From positions 1,312,001 to 1,376,000 of the forward strand of contig OZ242214.1 in NCBI GenBank assembly GCA_965206595.1: a stretch of DNA of 64,000 nt. The letters run 5' to 3'. The notes beneath the pieces are model-generated. The model saw only the letters and a list, made by a program, of their open reading frames with translations. It did not search any database and was not told where the DNA came from. Shown piece by piece: positions 47,873 through 58,767 of the stretch; positions within the stretch are counted from its first letter, which is position 1; each line of letters opens with the position of its first letter. A program made the position numbers and the translations under genes. Source of the stretch: Candidatus Latescibacterota bacterium. Lineage in GTDB: Bacteria; Latescibacterota; UBA2968; UBA8231.

Positions 47873-49422
47873 GCTGTTGCCGTTATGCTTCTGCGTTTTG
47901 CCCGCGTGTTGTTTTGAGACCGTGCAGCTTTTTCGGCTTTGATGCGCTCAAGAAGGCTGGATGCAAGCTCGTCATCAGGGTCTTGCGGGACGAGTTGGCC
48001 GGAGAAGGCTTTTTTGAGGGTGGATTGGCGCAGCATCTCCGCCTGATTCAAGGCCGAATCGATCTCTCGCTCCTGCTGCTCGATCGCCGCGAATCGCTCC
48101 TCCAACAGTCGGACAATTTCTTGCTGTTCGGCCAGAGAGCAGAGAGGGAGCGCGATCTGAGCAAACTTGAATGCACTTAAGTGGTTGATCCCCACGCCGC
48201 CTGCAACTTGAGCAAATTTCCCGCTTACATAGAAGAAGCGATACAACCAAAGCAGATAAACCGCATAGTCACGACAATGTGGTTGATGCCTGATAACGGT
48301 GTTTTGAAAGCAGCAATTCGGGATCTGATCGTTCCAAATCGCTGGCTTTCCGACTTGCGCTGCGCTGCCGGATGCTTCGGACAGCACTAAATCACCCTTT
48401 TCCAAACAGTATGCGCTTAGTTCGTGAGGAAGGAAGTCCATGTCGAGGATGTCGTCCAAATCCAAACCTTGTTTCGTAATGTTCGCAGCTCGTATGTACT
48501 TTGTAGGGTAATCCTTCGACCTGTTCTTTGGCGAACGTTGTCGACCGAGTTGGACGATTCCTACAGACTCGACGGTCAACCGTAGCCAACCATTCGGCAG
48601 TGCTTCTAGGTGGGCAATCTCCTCTTCTGTCATCGTTGAAACTGACTTGGGCATTCTTGGTCGAGCCGGCTTCTTGCCTGACTTGCCGCCTTCCTCCCAT
48701 TTCTTGACGGTGGCCTCCCACCCTTGGAGTTGCCGCTCGTAGCGCGTTTTTCGCTCCTGCTTGATGCGAGTGAGTAATTGTTCGGGCGTCTCAAGCTTGC
48801 CTTTGTTCTCTCCGCGCCACTGGGCCGTGAGCTTGCCTTCGAAGGCGTGCTTGAGCACGGCTTGGCGGTAGATATTGAGCTTCGCCCGCGCCGTCTTCAG
48901 GCTCTCGACGCCCTTGTCCAGTTCGGAAAATAGTTCCTCGATCTTGGCGACGATGCGGCGTTGTTCATTGAGAGGAGGTAGTCCAAAGTGGAGACCTTCA
49001 ACAAATCCCTTGGTAATGGCTTTGAATGTCGAGCCGGTGCCCTTGCCCGAAATCTCGGGTTCGATGCTTCTAAAAAGATACAAGAGGAACTTCGGAGCTA
49101 TCCCACCGCAAGAATGAATAGCTGCTAGACCACGGCCAATACAGCAATCTTGTTGCGCGAGATTGGTCGGTCCGACTGGGGCTCTAACTGACAGGAGAGT
49201 CGCACCCTGTTTGGCGATTTTGTTGGGCTGTGAGCAGTACATATTGACCGTTGGGTATAGATCTCCAAACTCCGCCTTTCCTTGGAAGAAGGGGAGACCG
49301 TCGCCAGAACGGTTGTAGGTTGTTGACGGCGGTGACTGCCCCATCACGATGTGCGCGAAGTCGGGCAGAACGCATTGTTGCCATCCGTTTGGAATCATGG
49401 TACTCACAAAATCGGTCGTCAC
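47869..49422 (-). CDS. hsdS: Type I RM specificity subunit
   Basis: 'IPNGW', two TRDs, 'PPLNEQRRIVAKIEELFSELD', 'VLKHAFEGKLT', 'LKKAFSGQLVPQDP'. Confidence 0.93.
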   Translation of the reverse strand: MTTDFVSTMIPNGWQQCVLPDFAHIVMGQSPPSTTYNRSGDGLPFFQGKAEFGDLYPTVNMYCSQPNKIAKQGATLLSVRAPVGPTNLAQQDCCIGRGLAAIHSCGGIAPKFLLYLFRSIEPEISGKGTGSTFKAITKGFVEGLHFGLPPLNEQRRIVAKIEELFSELDKGVESLKTARAKLNIYRQAVLKHAFEGKLTAQWRGENKGKLETPEQLLTRIKQERKTRYERQLQGWEATVKKWEEGGKSGKKPARPRMPKSVSTMTEEEIAHLEALPNGWLRLTVESVGIVQLGRQRSPKNRSKDYPTKYIRAANITKQGLDLDDILDMDFLPHELSAYCLEKGDLVLSEASGSAAQVGKPAIWNDQIPNCCFQNTVIRHQPHCRDYAVYLLWLYRFFYVSGKFAQVAGGVGINHLSAFKFAQIALPLCSLAEQQEIVRLLEERFAAIEQQEREIDSALNQAEMLRQSTLKKAFSGQLVPQDPDDELASSLLERIKAEKAARSQNNTRAKRRSITATA

Positions 49423-50111
49423 CTATGCAGCCAACGCCTCATTCAATTCATCAATCACGCTATCCATCCGGTCGCCAAAGATCCTGTACATCTGTCCTAA
49501 GCCGCCCTTGCCATCGAATGGAGCCATGTCCAGATCGTCGCGGCCCAGATGAAACGAGGTGATGATGTGGTCACGGATCATGCGCAGCCATTCCATCTGC
49601 TCCTCATTGAACTTCTCTCCGCTTCCACTGTGATGCGTCATGATCCAATTCTGAAAATTGCGGCGCACGGTTTCCGAATAGGGAGACAGTGTCGCGTCGA
49701 TACCGCAGACGCGGCGGATCAACGCCACGAGCGCGGTCAGTTCACTGGCCGGTTGGCTGCCCTTGTATTCATCCAGCAAGGAGTATGCCTGCCAGACCCG
49801 CAAAGGGGCCAGTCGAGGCTGGTCGCTCTTGAGCTTGTCGAAAACCTCGCGGATCATCTCGAATGTCAGCTCTCTGCGCCTGTGCGGTTGGGTGTAGAAG
49901 ATGGTCAGGGCTTCAATCATATCTCGATTCGCTTCCAAATACTGGCGGAACTCCTGTGCCATGGCTTCGGCATTCTCGTTCGCGTCGCCTTCCCATTCGG
50001 CGCGCTCCACGGTGTCCAGGCTGTCATGGTCGATGATCTGTTCCTTGTCGCGACGAATCGAGTCGATCAGCTCGACCAACTCGCCGTTGAACACGCTGGC
50101 CGCGTCACGGA

Positions 50112-51200
50112 CTAGTGTCCTGTCGCAGAGATTCGTTCACAAAGTCTCTTGATTTTGGCGAGGATGGAATCCGCCGTAGCCGTCCAGACGAAAGGGTGTG
50201 CGTTGGCGTTCCATTTGGCCGTGTAGCGTTCGATTCGCTCGATGAGCTCCGACACCTTGCGGAACGAATCGCGCCGAACCGCCTGGCGGGTGAGGATATT
50301 GAACCAGATCTCCACCTGATTGAGCCACGAAGCATACGTGGGAGTGTAGTGAAGGTGAAATCGGGGACGCCGTGCCAGCCATCGCTTGACCTTGGCATGC
50401 TTATGCGTGGCGTAGTTGTCGACGACGAGATGAATATCGAGGTCAGCGGGCACGTTGGCCTCGATGTGGCGCAGGAACTGGAGGAACTCCTGGTGACGAT
50501 GACGGGGCTTGCACTGGGTCATCACTTCCCCGGTGGCGATGTCCAGGGCGGCAAACAGGGTGGTGGTGCCGTGCCGCTTGTAGTCGTGCGTAATCCCTTC
50601 CACGTATCCCAGTCCCAGGGGCAGCATGGGCTGACTTCGTTCCAACGCCTGGATCTGGCTCTTCTCGTCCACGCACAGCACCAGGGCGTGCTCGGGGGGA
50701 TTCAGGTATAAGCCGACGATATCCCGTACTTTGTCGACAAAGAAAGGATCGGTGGAAAGCTTGAAGCGCTTGTGTCGATGGGGCTGCAAACCATACGTGC
50801 GCCAAATGCGATGAACCGCGTCCTTGGTCAGGCCGGTTTCTTCGCCCATGGAGCGCACCGACCACTGTGTTTCGTCTTTGGGCTTGGTCTTCAGGGTCTT
50901 GTATACCACCTCGGCTACCTGCTCGTCCGTGATCGATCGCGGCGCCCCTGAACGTAGTTCATCATACAAGCCATTGAGTCCGTTGTCGAGAAAACGCCGG
51001 CGCCATTTGCCCACCGTAGCTCGCGTCACACCCACCGCGGAAGCGACCGCTTCATTGGGCCAGCCATCGGCGGCCAGCAGCACCATCTCGGCTCGCCGCA
51101 CCAATCCGTGGGGAAGACTTCGTGATTTGGCCATCGATTCCAGTCGTTCCCGGTCCGACGGACTCAGCTCTAACGGCGTTAATGGACGCCCCGTCACCAT
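50112..51200 (-). CDS. IS630 transposase
   Basis: HTH N-terminus, '[11 protein letters not shown]', '[13 protein letters not shown]', 'VDNYATHK', '[10 protein letters not shown]'; stop codon formed at element end. Confidence 0.95.
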   Translation of the reverse strand: MVTGRPLTPLELSPSDRERLESMAKSRSLPHGLVRRAEMVLLAADGWPNEAVASAVGVTRATVGKWRRRFLDNGLNGLYDELRSGAPRSITDEQVAEVVYKTLKTKPKDETQWSVRSMGEETGLTKDAVHRIWRTYGLQPHRHKRFKLSTDPFFVDKVRDIVGLYLNPPEHALVLCVDEKSQIQALERSQPMLPLGLGYVEGITHDYKRHGTTTLFAALDIATGEVMTQCKPRHRHQEFLQFLRHIEANVPADLDIHLVVDNYATHKHAKVKRWLARRPRFHLHYTPTYASWLNQVEIWFNILTRQAVRRDSFRKVSELIERIERYTAKWNANAHPFVWTATADSILAKIKRLCERISATGH

Positions 51201-51281
51201 AGGTCTCTCCTTTCAGAAGGGGGATAAGGGAAACCTACGGCACTTTCAATTGTTTGTACAGTTAATTACACGACATGACAC
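50115..51281 (-). mobile_element. IS630-family insertion sequence
   Basis: IRs GTGTCCTGTCG / CGACATGACAC; TA duplicated at 50113-50114 and 51282-51283 within CTAG. Confidence 0.95.
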
Positions 51282-53427
51282 TAGCTGCTCCCCAACCTTT
51301 TCGCGTGCGGCCGGTGACGGCTCGGCATCGTCGGGCACGCGCTCGGTCTCGCGGGCCTTCGCTTCGATTTTGTCTGGGTCGATGGCGTCCAGCAGATTGC
51401 CGACGATAGCGGTTAGTTCGATGCCGCCGGTTTGCTCCTTTATCCGCTCCTGCTCAGTTGGGTCGAGTTGCCGGTTGAGCCTGGCGAGACGTCCGGCGAG
51501 AGAACTCACCGTGTCTTCATCGTGGGCACCCATCATCACGCCCATGGCGAGATCCTTGAGTGGCACGGAGGGTTTGGTGATGAGCGGCTGGCTGGCGGTC
51601 TTGAGTGATTTTGTGACGCCGACGGCGTCCACGATTACATAGTGGGTCTTTCCACTGACAGCGGAAGGCGAAACTTTCTTGAGATCGTCATGGTCGAGTG
51701 TGCGGGTGCCACGTCCCTTCATCTGCTCGAAATAGTTGAGGCTCCTCACGTCGCGCATGAAGAGCAGGCATTCGAGCGGCTTGACGTCGGTACCCGTGGC
51801 AATCATATCCACGGTCACAGCGATGCGCGGGTAGTAGTCGTTTCTGAACTGGGCGAGGATGGACGCTGGGTCTTCCTCGGTTTTGTAGGTGACCTTTTTG
51901 CAGAACTCGTTGCCTTCCGCGAATTCTTCGCGCACGGTCTGGATGATGTCGTCGGCGTGGCTGTCGGTCTTTGCAAAAATCAGTGTCTTCGGGACCTCGT
52001 CGCGGCCAGGGAATATTTCTGGCAGTTTGTCGTGGAAGGTGCGGACCACGGTGCGGATCTGGTCGGGGTTGATCACGGCATGGTCCAGTTCGCGAGCGGT
52101 GTAGGTGACGTCTTCGTCCTGGATTTCCCAGCGCCTTCGGCGTGTCAGACGCTCGCGCTTTTCGACCTGCTGGAAGGCCTTGAGCTGACCGCCATGTTTT
52201 GTCCTTTCCGTGTCGATGACATAGATCTCGTTGCCGACATTGACGCCGTCGGCAACCGCTTGCTCATGGGTGTACTCGCTGACGACGTTTTTTCTGAAGA
52301 ATCCGAAAGTGCGGTTGTCCGGCGTCGCGGTCAGGCCGATGAGATAGGCGTCGAAATATTCGAGAACTTGCCGCCAGATGTTGTAAATCGAGCGGTGGCA
52401 TTCGTCGATGACGGTGAAGTCGAAGAACTCGGGTGGAATCCTGTCGTTATAGACGACCGGCATCGGTTTTTTTGGTGTAACCATTTCCGCCGGATTGAGC
52501 TCTTCGGTGGCTTCGTCCAGCTCCTCGCCCTTCAGGAGCGAATACATGCGCTGGATGGTGCTGATGCAGACTTGGGTGTCCTGCGCGACGAAAGAGGATT
52601 TTAGACGCTGGACGTTGTAGAGTTCGGTGAATTTCCGGTTGTCGTCGCTGGGCACGTAGGCCATGAATTCCTGCTCGGCCTGTTCTCCCAGATGCCTTGT
52701 GTCCACGAGAAAGAGGATGCGCTTGGCGTCGGCGTGTTTGAGCAGCCGGTAGATCGAGGTGATGGCGGTGTAGGTCTTGCCCGAGCCGGTGGCCATCTGA
52801 ATCAGGGCCCGCGGGCGGTCATCTTTGAAAGATGACTCCAACTTCTCGATGGCCCTGATCTGACAGGCCCTGAGGCCTGCAGGCTCTAAATCCGGAAGCT
52901 GTTGGAGGCGTCCTCGAAGCGAACCCGACTGGGAGTGCCAGTTCTGTAGCGTCTTTGGCCGAGGGTAGTTGAACACCTCCCGTGAACGGGGCTTCGGATC
53001 TTGTCCGTTGGTGAACCGCGTGAGCACCCCAGTACTTTCATAGACGAACGGCAGGGGTTCTTCATTTTTCACCCACTTGAGCTTGGCGGCGGCATAGGCG
53101 GCGGATTGCCCCTCGACAGTCGTGATTTTATGACCCCATTCCTCCGGCTTGGCCTCGACAATGCCGACAGGTTTCTTGTCGACAAAGAGAACGTAGTCGG
53201 CTGGGCCAACATCCGTCTGATACTCACGAACGGCGACCCCGAGCCCAGCGTTGAAGTCGATTCTATTCTTGTCCTGAACTATCCAGCCCGCATAGGACAG
53301 CCGTCCGTCGATTTTTTCTCGCGCTGCCTGTTCGGGGGTCCGGTTAGCTCTCGCCATTCTGCTTGATCCTTTGACCCGCTATGGTGTGGAGTGAAGGAGC
53401 AAAACTGATCTCCGAGCATTCGAAGGC

Positions 53428-54576
53428 CTACGAAACCGTGATCCAAGGGTAATGCAGTGCTTTTTCACTGCACAAGCCATTCCCCTCGGACCAAGGAACC
53501 CTCTTATGCCCATCCGGCCCCATGTGACAGGGCCTAAGCTTCCCCACCGCATACCGCTGCACCGCATCCTCGTCCAGCTCGACCCCCAGTCCCGGCTTGT
53601 CCGGGACCACCGCATATCCATCCCTGACCAGAGGCTCCGCGAGCAGGCTGTGCTCGTGGACGAAGTTGCCGCACAGGTCGCTGGCCAGGGTGCAGTTCGG
53701 AGCAGCGGCTGAAGCGTGGAGACGGAACGCGTCGAAGATCCCCAGGTCGACATTGGAGGCCTGCCACACCGGGATGCCGGCGGCATCGGCGATTCGCGCC
53801 ATGTCCAGGAAGCCCCAGTCCGAAGGGGCGACATTGATCCCGTCCACCGCGTCCCGGTATACCATCTCGATAACCTGGCGCGGGTTCTGTAGATGAGGGG
53901 CGATGATAATGGATGTCTCGTTCTTGAGCCGCCGATAGTCATCCACGTCGTCTTTCGGGATCGGGTCTTCGAAGACGACATCGTACGCTTCTATTTCGCG
54001 TGCCAGCGCCAGTGCCTGGTCGACGGTGTGAAACCGGTGGTTGGGATCGAGGACGATGCGCAGTGAGGGCGCCGCCTGGTGAATGGCGTGCACCCGGTCG
54101 GCCACGTTCCCGTCGTCCAGGGTGCACTTCACCTTGATGCCGTGGAAGCCCATGTCCGCGGCTCGTCTGGCGGCCGCGGCGGACGCTTCCGGGCCCATGC
54201 GTGCGATCCAGTAATCGACGAGCACGCGGTGTTGGGACTTGCCGCCGAAAATGCGGTACAGGGGCCAACCGACCGCCTTGCCGATCAGGTCCAGAAGGGC
54301 GATGTCGTATCCACCGCCGCCCAGACTGCGCGGCTCGAAGTCGAGCGGGTTCCTGCCAATCAGGTCCGGGACCGGATCCTCGCGGTCGCCGAAATAGGGG
54401 CCGCTCATGCCGAGCCCGGTGATCCCCTCGTCCGTGTGAATGCGCAGCACATCCTGCCTTCTTTCCCCGAGGGGGGCGGGATAGGATTCGGTGAACTCCT
54501 CGTACTCGGGCGGCGGCAGGATCCCGGGAAGAAACGGAACGCACACCACCGTCCGTTCCAGATGCGTAATCCTCAT
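53428..54576 (-). CDS. Mandelate racemase / muconate lactonizing enzyme family
   Basis: 'IHTDEGITGLG', 'DIALLDLIGKA', 'GIKVK', 'LDPN', 'FEDP', 'PDKPGLGVELDEDAV'; last ~37 codons look like read-through into island DNA. Confidence 0.88.
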   Translation of the reverse strand: MRITHLERTVVCVPFLPGILPPPEYEEFTESYPAPLGERRQDVLRIHTDEGITGLGMSGPYFGDREDPVPDLIGRNPLDFEPRSLGGGGYDIALLDLIGKAVGWPLYRIFGGKSQHRVLVDYWIARMGPEASAAAARRAADMGFHGIKVKCTLDDGNVADRVHAIHQAAPSLRIVLDPNHRFHTVDQALALAREIEAYDVVFEDPIPKDDVDDYRRLKNETSIIIAPHLQNPRQVIEMVYRDAVDGINVAPSDWGFLDMARIADAAGIPVWQASNVDLGIFDAFRLHASAAAPNCTLASDLCGNFVHEHSLLAEPLVRDGYAVVPDKPGLGVELDEDAVQRYAVGKLRPCHMGPDGHKRVPWSEGNGLCSEKALHYPWITVS

Positions 54577-54640
54577 TTAATCAATCTCCTCCGTAGCGGG
54601 ACCATCTCTGCCGTCGTGCCGGGAAGCGGCCGGGTCCCGG

Positions 54641-55012
54641 CTACTCCTTCAATTCGCCCCCAAACCCGATCCGCCCTTCGGCGCCGGGGGAATACAGCAC
54701 GTGTACGTTTTCCCTGGGCCTGTCGAGGATCCGGGCGACGGCTTCCGCGATGCCGGCCATCTCCCGGCGCAGCTCGACCGCATCGGGCAATTCGTAGCGC
54801 AAGACGCTGACGAAGGTTGGACGCACGCTCCCGTCGATCAGGGTCCTGTTTTCGGCGTAGTCGCGCCGGTCGATCGAGCGCAATCTTATCCACGTGCCCC
54901 CCGGCTCGCTGCCGAACAGGTCCCCCAGCTCGTCGACGAGAGACTGGAGCTGCTCCTTGCTGGCCACAGGTTCCGAGGCGTTCGTCACGACCTCGATGTC
55001 AACAAAGGGCAT
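54641..55012 (-). CDS. Tautomerase/MIF superfamily protein
   Basis: N-terminal Pro (MPFVDIE), 'RPRENVHVLY', 'RIGFGG'. Confidence 0.7.
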   Translation of the reverse strand: MPFVDIEVVTNASEPVASKEQLQSLVDELGDLFGSEPGGTWIRLRSIDRRDYAENRTLIDGSVRPTFVSVLRYELPDAVELRREMAGIAEAVARILDRPRENVHVLYSPGAEGRIGFGGELKE

Positions 55013-55092
55013 TTTGCGCGGCTCGATTCAGCGCTTCGGAATCGGTGATTCGGCTGCTGCCGGCATCATCCTGTTGCGGGGGATCCTGGAAA

Positions 55093-56064
55093 TCACTGCC
55101 GGAGGAAACAGTCGAACCAGCCGACCACCTGTTCGAAGTACTCCAGCGTGAAGAAGTGACCGCCCGGAGGCCGGTGCACGAGAAAGCGCTCACTGGTCTC
55201 CGCGTAGGCCGGCGCCACGGTGCGGACGAAGTCGTCGACGGCGGTTCGCGGCATGTCCACATCCTCGAGGGGCGCGACGGCCATGAACGGGCGGGGGGCG
55301 ATGCAGCCGGCGACGATGTCGCCGTGGTCGAAATAGCGCAGCAGGTGGGGCACGAAGACCAGGGAGCTGTGGCGCTGGATGTTGCCCTCGTGGATCAGGC
55401 GGGACAGGCTGCCCAGCACGCCGCAGACGGCGGCGCCGGCGCGGATGATGGGATCGCAGGCCATGGCCGTCCAGGTGGCCATGCCGCCGAGAGACATGCC
55501 GGTCAGGCCGATGCGGGTGCCGTCGACCTCGGGGAGGGAAGCCAGGACGCGCGCCGCCAGCAGGGCTTCCTCGGCGACGATGCCGGCGTGAGGGCGGCCG
55601 TACGCCTCCAGCAGCTTCGCCTCCTCCTCCCATGCCTCCTCGGTCCCGCGGCGGACCACGGATCCCTTGAGGGAGATCGAGATCGTCGCGTATCCGCGGT
55701 TGGCCAGCTCCCGGCCCCATCCCCGCAGCTGCCCGCTCTCCGGGTCAACCACGAGCTCCCTCGCAAGGACGTTCGCCGTCGTGCCCCCGGTGCCGTGCAT
55801 GCAGACGACCCCGGGTACCCGGCCCCCGGATGGATCGAGCGGCACGAGCGCGGTACCTGTCAGGGTTTCGCCGAGCGAGTTCACATACGATACCCGCAAT
55901 TCCCGGTTGGCCCCGTCGTCCGCTACTGCTTCCACGGTCGATTCGACCGCATCGGGCACGCGGTCCAGTCCGAGAAGCTCAAGGAACCTGGCCCGCACCT
56001 GACCGGCCGGGGTGTGCCGGGGAAACGCGGGGCGGATTCCTTGAGGAAGCGGGTTGGGCATCAT
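55093..56064 (-). CDS. Alpha/beta hydrolase (dienelactone hydrolase / acetylxylan esterase-like)
   Basis: 'PGVVCMHG', 'VDGTRIGLTGMSLGG' nucleophile elbow, 'IAPRP', 'GGH'. Confidence 0.88.
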   Translation of the reverse strand: MMPNPLPQGIRPAFPRHTPAGQVRARFLELLGLDRVPDAVESTVEAVADDGANRELRVSYVNSLGETLTGTALVPLDPSGGRVPGVVCMHGTGGTTANVLARELVVDPESGQLRGWGRELANRGYATISISLKGSVVRRGTEEAWEEEAKLLEAYGRPHAGIVAEEALLAARVLASLPEVDGTRIGLTGMSLGGMATWTAMACDPIIRAGAAVCGVLGSLSRLIHEGNIQRHSSLVFVPHLLRYFDHGDIVAGCIAPRPFMAVAPLEDVDMPRTAVDDFVRTVAPAYAETSERFLVHRPPGGHFFTLEYFEQVVGWFDCFLRQ

Positions 56065-56080
56065 CTCTGTTGCCGCCCCT

Positions 56081-57685
56081 TCAGAAGGTGAGGTCGATCT
56101 CCAGGCCGACCAGGGAGACGTGGCGGTCGGGGGCGCGGGAGTCCGAGAGCAGGCGGACCTCGATCTCGTTCTCTCCCTGTCGCAGCGGCGGGGTGGTTGC
56201 CGCGAACGTGGCGCTCGCCCCGTCGACGTGCTGCTCCACCGGCTCGGCGGGGTAGCTCAGCCAGAACAGCGACGCCGCGGTCAGCTCCTGCCAGCCGTCG
56301 AAGGAGACCTCGGCCCCGCTCCAGTCCAGCTCCTGGCCGTTGAGGCGGACGGACAGGGAGTCGTCTTCCTCCAGGGCATCGAAACGCAGGGTCAGCCGGC
56401 AGGGGCCGAGCTCGCCGGCCTCCCGCGCCGCTTCGAGATCGTCGGCGACGGCCAGGCGCAGGACCGGGCCCTGGCCGGGGTAGTTGGGCTGCAGCCGCAC
56501 CGGCAGCTGCGTCTGCGACTGCGCCAGGGCGAAGGCGCTGCTGTGCCCGGAGGAGCCGTACGCCGAACCGGTGGTCTCGAGCTCGTAGCGCTTGTCGAGG
56601 CGGCGGAGCTTTTCGAGGTCGGTCAGTTCGGAGGCGATGCGGCGGTTCCACTCCGGGGAGCGGGTGTAGAAGTTGTAGAGGTAGACGCCGTCGGCCCCGT
56701 CGTTGAGCCAGCGGCAGGCCAGGGCGCGCAGCTTGCGGTCGTCGCTGTCCCGGGTCGCCTCGATGCAGCCGTACACCAGCGCGTCGTTCCCCGCGGCCGC
56801 GGCGACGAACTCCTCCACGGAGGTCTCGAAGGAGATGAAACCGCCCCCGACGACGACGATGTCGACGAGGCCCTCCTCGAGCCAGGCGACGACGTCGAGG
56901 CCGACGCGGCTGCAGTCGGCGATCCCCGGCGGCACGCGCACCCCGAGCAGCAGCGGGCGGCCGCGATCAGCGGCGACGGTCCGCATGCGCGCGCGCACTT
57001 CGCGCACGAGGCCGGTCATGAAGTGGCGGTTGGCGTACCCCTCCTCGACGCGGAAGAAGGCCGGGTGGCGCATGAAGTCGAGCTCGACGCCGTCGACGTC
57101 GAAGCGCTCGAAGCACTCGCAGATGATGCCGGTGACGAAAGCGCGGTTGCCGGGGTGGGCGTAGTCGAGGCCGGTGCCGATGCCGTGCTCGATGGTGCCC
57201 TCGGCGAAGCGCTCCCCGGGGCGGGCGATCAGGCGCTCGGGGTGGCGGCGGCGGTAGTTGCCGTACCCCGGGTGGCGGGGGTCGATGACGTAGTGGCTGT
57301 TCATGCGCACGCGCGCAAAGAACGGGATGCCGCTTTCCCGGCAGAGCCTCAGCATCGCCGTCAGCGGGCCGCCGCACTCCTCGATCAGGGAGCGCACGTT
57401 GGCGGCTACCTTCGGGTAGGAGTCGTCCCCGCCGGCGGAGTGCACGAAGGAGTACAGCTCGTCGAGGCCTTCGAGGGAGGGCTGCTCGGCTCCGAAGATC
57501 TCGCCGATTGCGGTTTCGAACTGGTAGACCTCGTGATCGCCCGTCGACCACCAGAGGGCGCCGCCGGTGCCGGCGTACCCGGCGACCACCTTGTCGCGCA
57601 GGTCGGCCTCGGAGACCGGCGGGTCCGAGCTGAAGATCCAGCCGTCGTCGGTGAAGATGAGGGGCGGGAACCCGGGCTTTGCCAT
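56081..57685 (-). CDS. GHL10/family-10-like glycosyl hydrolase-like protein
   Basis: 'IFTDDG', 'RMNSH', 'FDVDGVELDFMRHP', 'GADGVYLYN'; TGATG-coupled to upstream DapA-like gene. Confidence 0.75.
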   Translation of the reverse strand: MAKPGFPPLIFTDDGWIFSSDPPVSEADLRDKVVAGYAGTGGALWWSTGDHEVYQFETAIGEIFGAEQPSLEGLDELYSFVHSAGGDDSYPKVAANVRSLIEECGGPLTAMLRLCRESGIPFFARVRMNSHYVIDPRHPGYGNYRRRHPERLIARPGERFAEGTIEHGIGTGLDYAHPGNRAFVTGIICECFERFDVDGVELDFMRHPAFFRVEEGYANRHFMTGLVREVRARMRTVAADRGRPLLLGVRVPPGIADCSRVGLDVVAWLEEGLVDIVVVGGGFISFETSVEEFVAAAAGNDALVYGCIEATRDSDDRKLRALACRWLNDGADGVYLYNFYTRSPEWNRRIASELTDLEKLRRLDKRYELETTGSAYGSSGHSSAFALAQSQTQLPVRLQPNYPGQGPVLRLAVADDLEAAREAGELGPCRLTLRFDALEEDDSLSVRLNGQELDWSGAEVSFDGWQELTAASLFWLSYPAEPVEQHVDGASATFAATTPPLRQGENEIEVRLLSDSRAPDRHVSLVGLEIDLTF

Positions 57686-58599
57686 CAGTCGATCTGTACC
57701 GGCGGGAAGAGCTCGTCGATGCGGGCGCGGACCTCGTCGAGCAGTCCCGGGTCCGGCGGCGGCTGCGGCGGCCCCGGGAGGTTGTTGGGGTAGAAGCCGA
57801 GCAGCTGAATGGAGGACTTCATCACCCCGAGCCAGTTCTTGCTGACCGCCCAGTTGAGGAACGGCTCCTCGTACCTGAAGACGATCTCCCAGGCGCCGTC
57901 GTCGTCGCCGTCGATCAGGCGCTGATGGAACTGCAGGGCGATCGCGGGCCGGAAGGGGGCGATCGGGCAGAGATAGGCGGGGGAGCCGAATCTGTAGCCG
58001 AAGGCGAAGTTGCGCATCTGGCCGCCGCTGATGACGCCGAACTGGTTGCCCGCGGAGCCGCGCGTGTAGTCGTAGTAGGCGGCGAACATGTCGGCGTCGT
58101 TCTTCATGCCGATGATGTACGGCCGCTGCGAGAGCTCGACCGCGGTCTCCACCGGCAGCATCGGCTGGGTGATCGTCCACAGCAGCAGCGGCATGTCGTT
58201 GACCCCCTCGATCTGGTCGAAGTAGCGGGGCAGGGCCGCGGCGGTCTGGTTGTAGCCGTCGACCTGCACCTTGACGGCGTCGGCGCCGGCGGCGCCGGCG
58301 TGGGCGAGGAACTTCCGGGTTTCGGACGGCTTCCAGTACTTCGTCGATGCGATGAAGAGAGCGCGGCCGTCGTTGGCGGCCCCGACGACCTCGGTCAGGC
58401 GGTACACCTCCTCGTCGCTGAGGGCGGCGAACTCGCTGCTGCCGTAGGTCAGCAGCAGGATCGGGACCTGCTGTCCGGCGAGCCAGGAGACGTAGGCGGA
58501 GACGGCGCCGTAGTTCACGGTGCCGTCCTCGTTGAAGCAGATGTTGAGGGGCACTACCGGGCCCTTCATGCGGGCGTACGCGGCGCTGGCTCGGCTCAT
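57685..58599 (-). CDS. Divergent DapA/NAL-family aldolase
   Basis: 'GPVVPL..CFNEDGTVN', 'TYGSSEFAALSDEE', Schiff-base K in 'IIGMKND'. Confidence 0.8.
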   Translation of the reverse strand: MSRASAAYARMKGPVVPLNICFNEDGTVNYGAVSAYVSWLAGQQVPILLLTYGSSEFAALSDEEVYRLTEVVGAANDGRALFIASTKYWKPSETRKFLAHAGAAGADAVKVQVDGYNQTAAALPRYFDQIEGVNDMPLLLWTITQPMLPVETAVELSQRPYIIGMKNDADMFAAYYDYTRGSAGNQFGVISGGQMRNFAFGYRFGSPAYLCPIAPFRPAIALQFHQRLIDGDDDGAWEIVFRYEEPFLNWAVSKNWLGVMKSSIQLLGFYPNNLPGPPQPPPDPGLLDEVRARIDELFPPVQID

Positions 58600-58767
58600 T
58601 CGGGTTCTCGATTCCTCGGGGAATTCGCGGGTTGTTCGCGCCGCGGACTGAGGCGCCGCTGTGCTTTGCGTCGCGCCGGGGGAGCGGCGATGTTATGCCG
58701 CCCGCTCGCGCACAATGGATCAGGAGGAGCGGCAGAAGGTATCGCCGCTCAAGAGGAGAAACAAGGC

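Larger units (their letters stand above)
49423..53357 (-). pseudogene. hsdR: Type I RM restriction subunit interrupted by IS630
   Basis: 'GPADYVL..EAK', 'MATGSGKT', 'IDECHRS', 'GLTATP', 'QMKGRGTR'; removing IS630 plus one TA restores '[14 protein letters not shown]' in frame with the EcoEI-type C-terminus. Confidence 0.92.
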
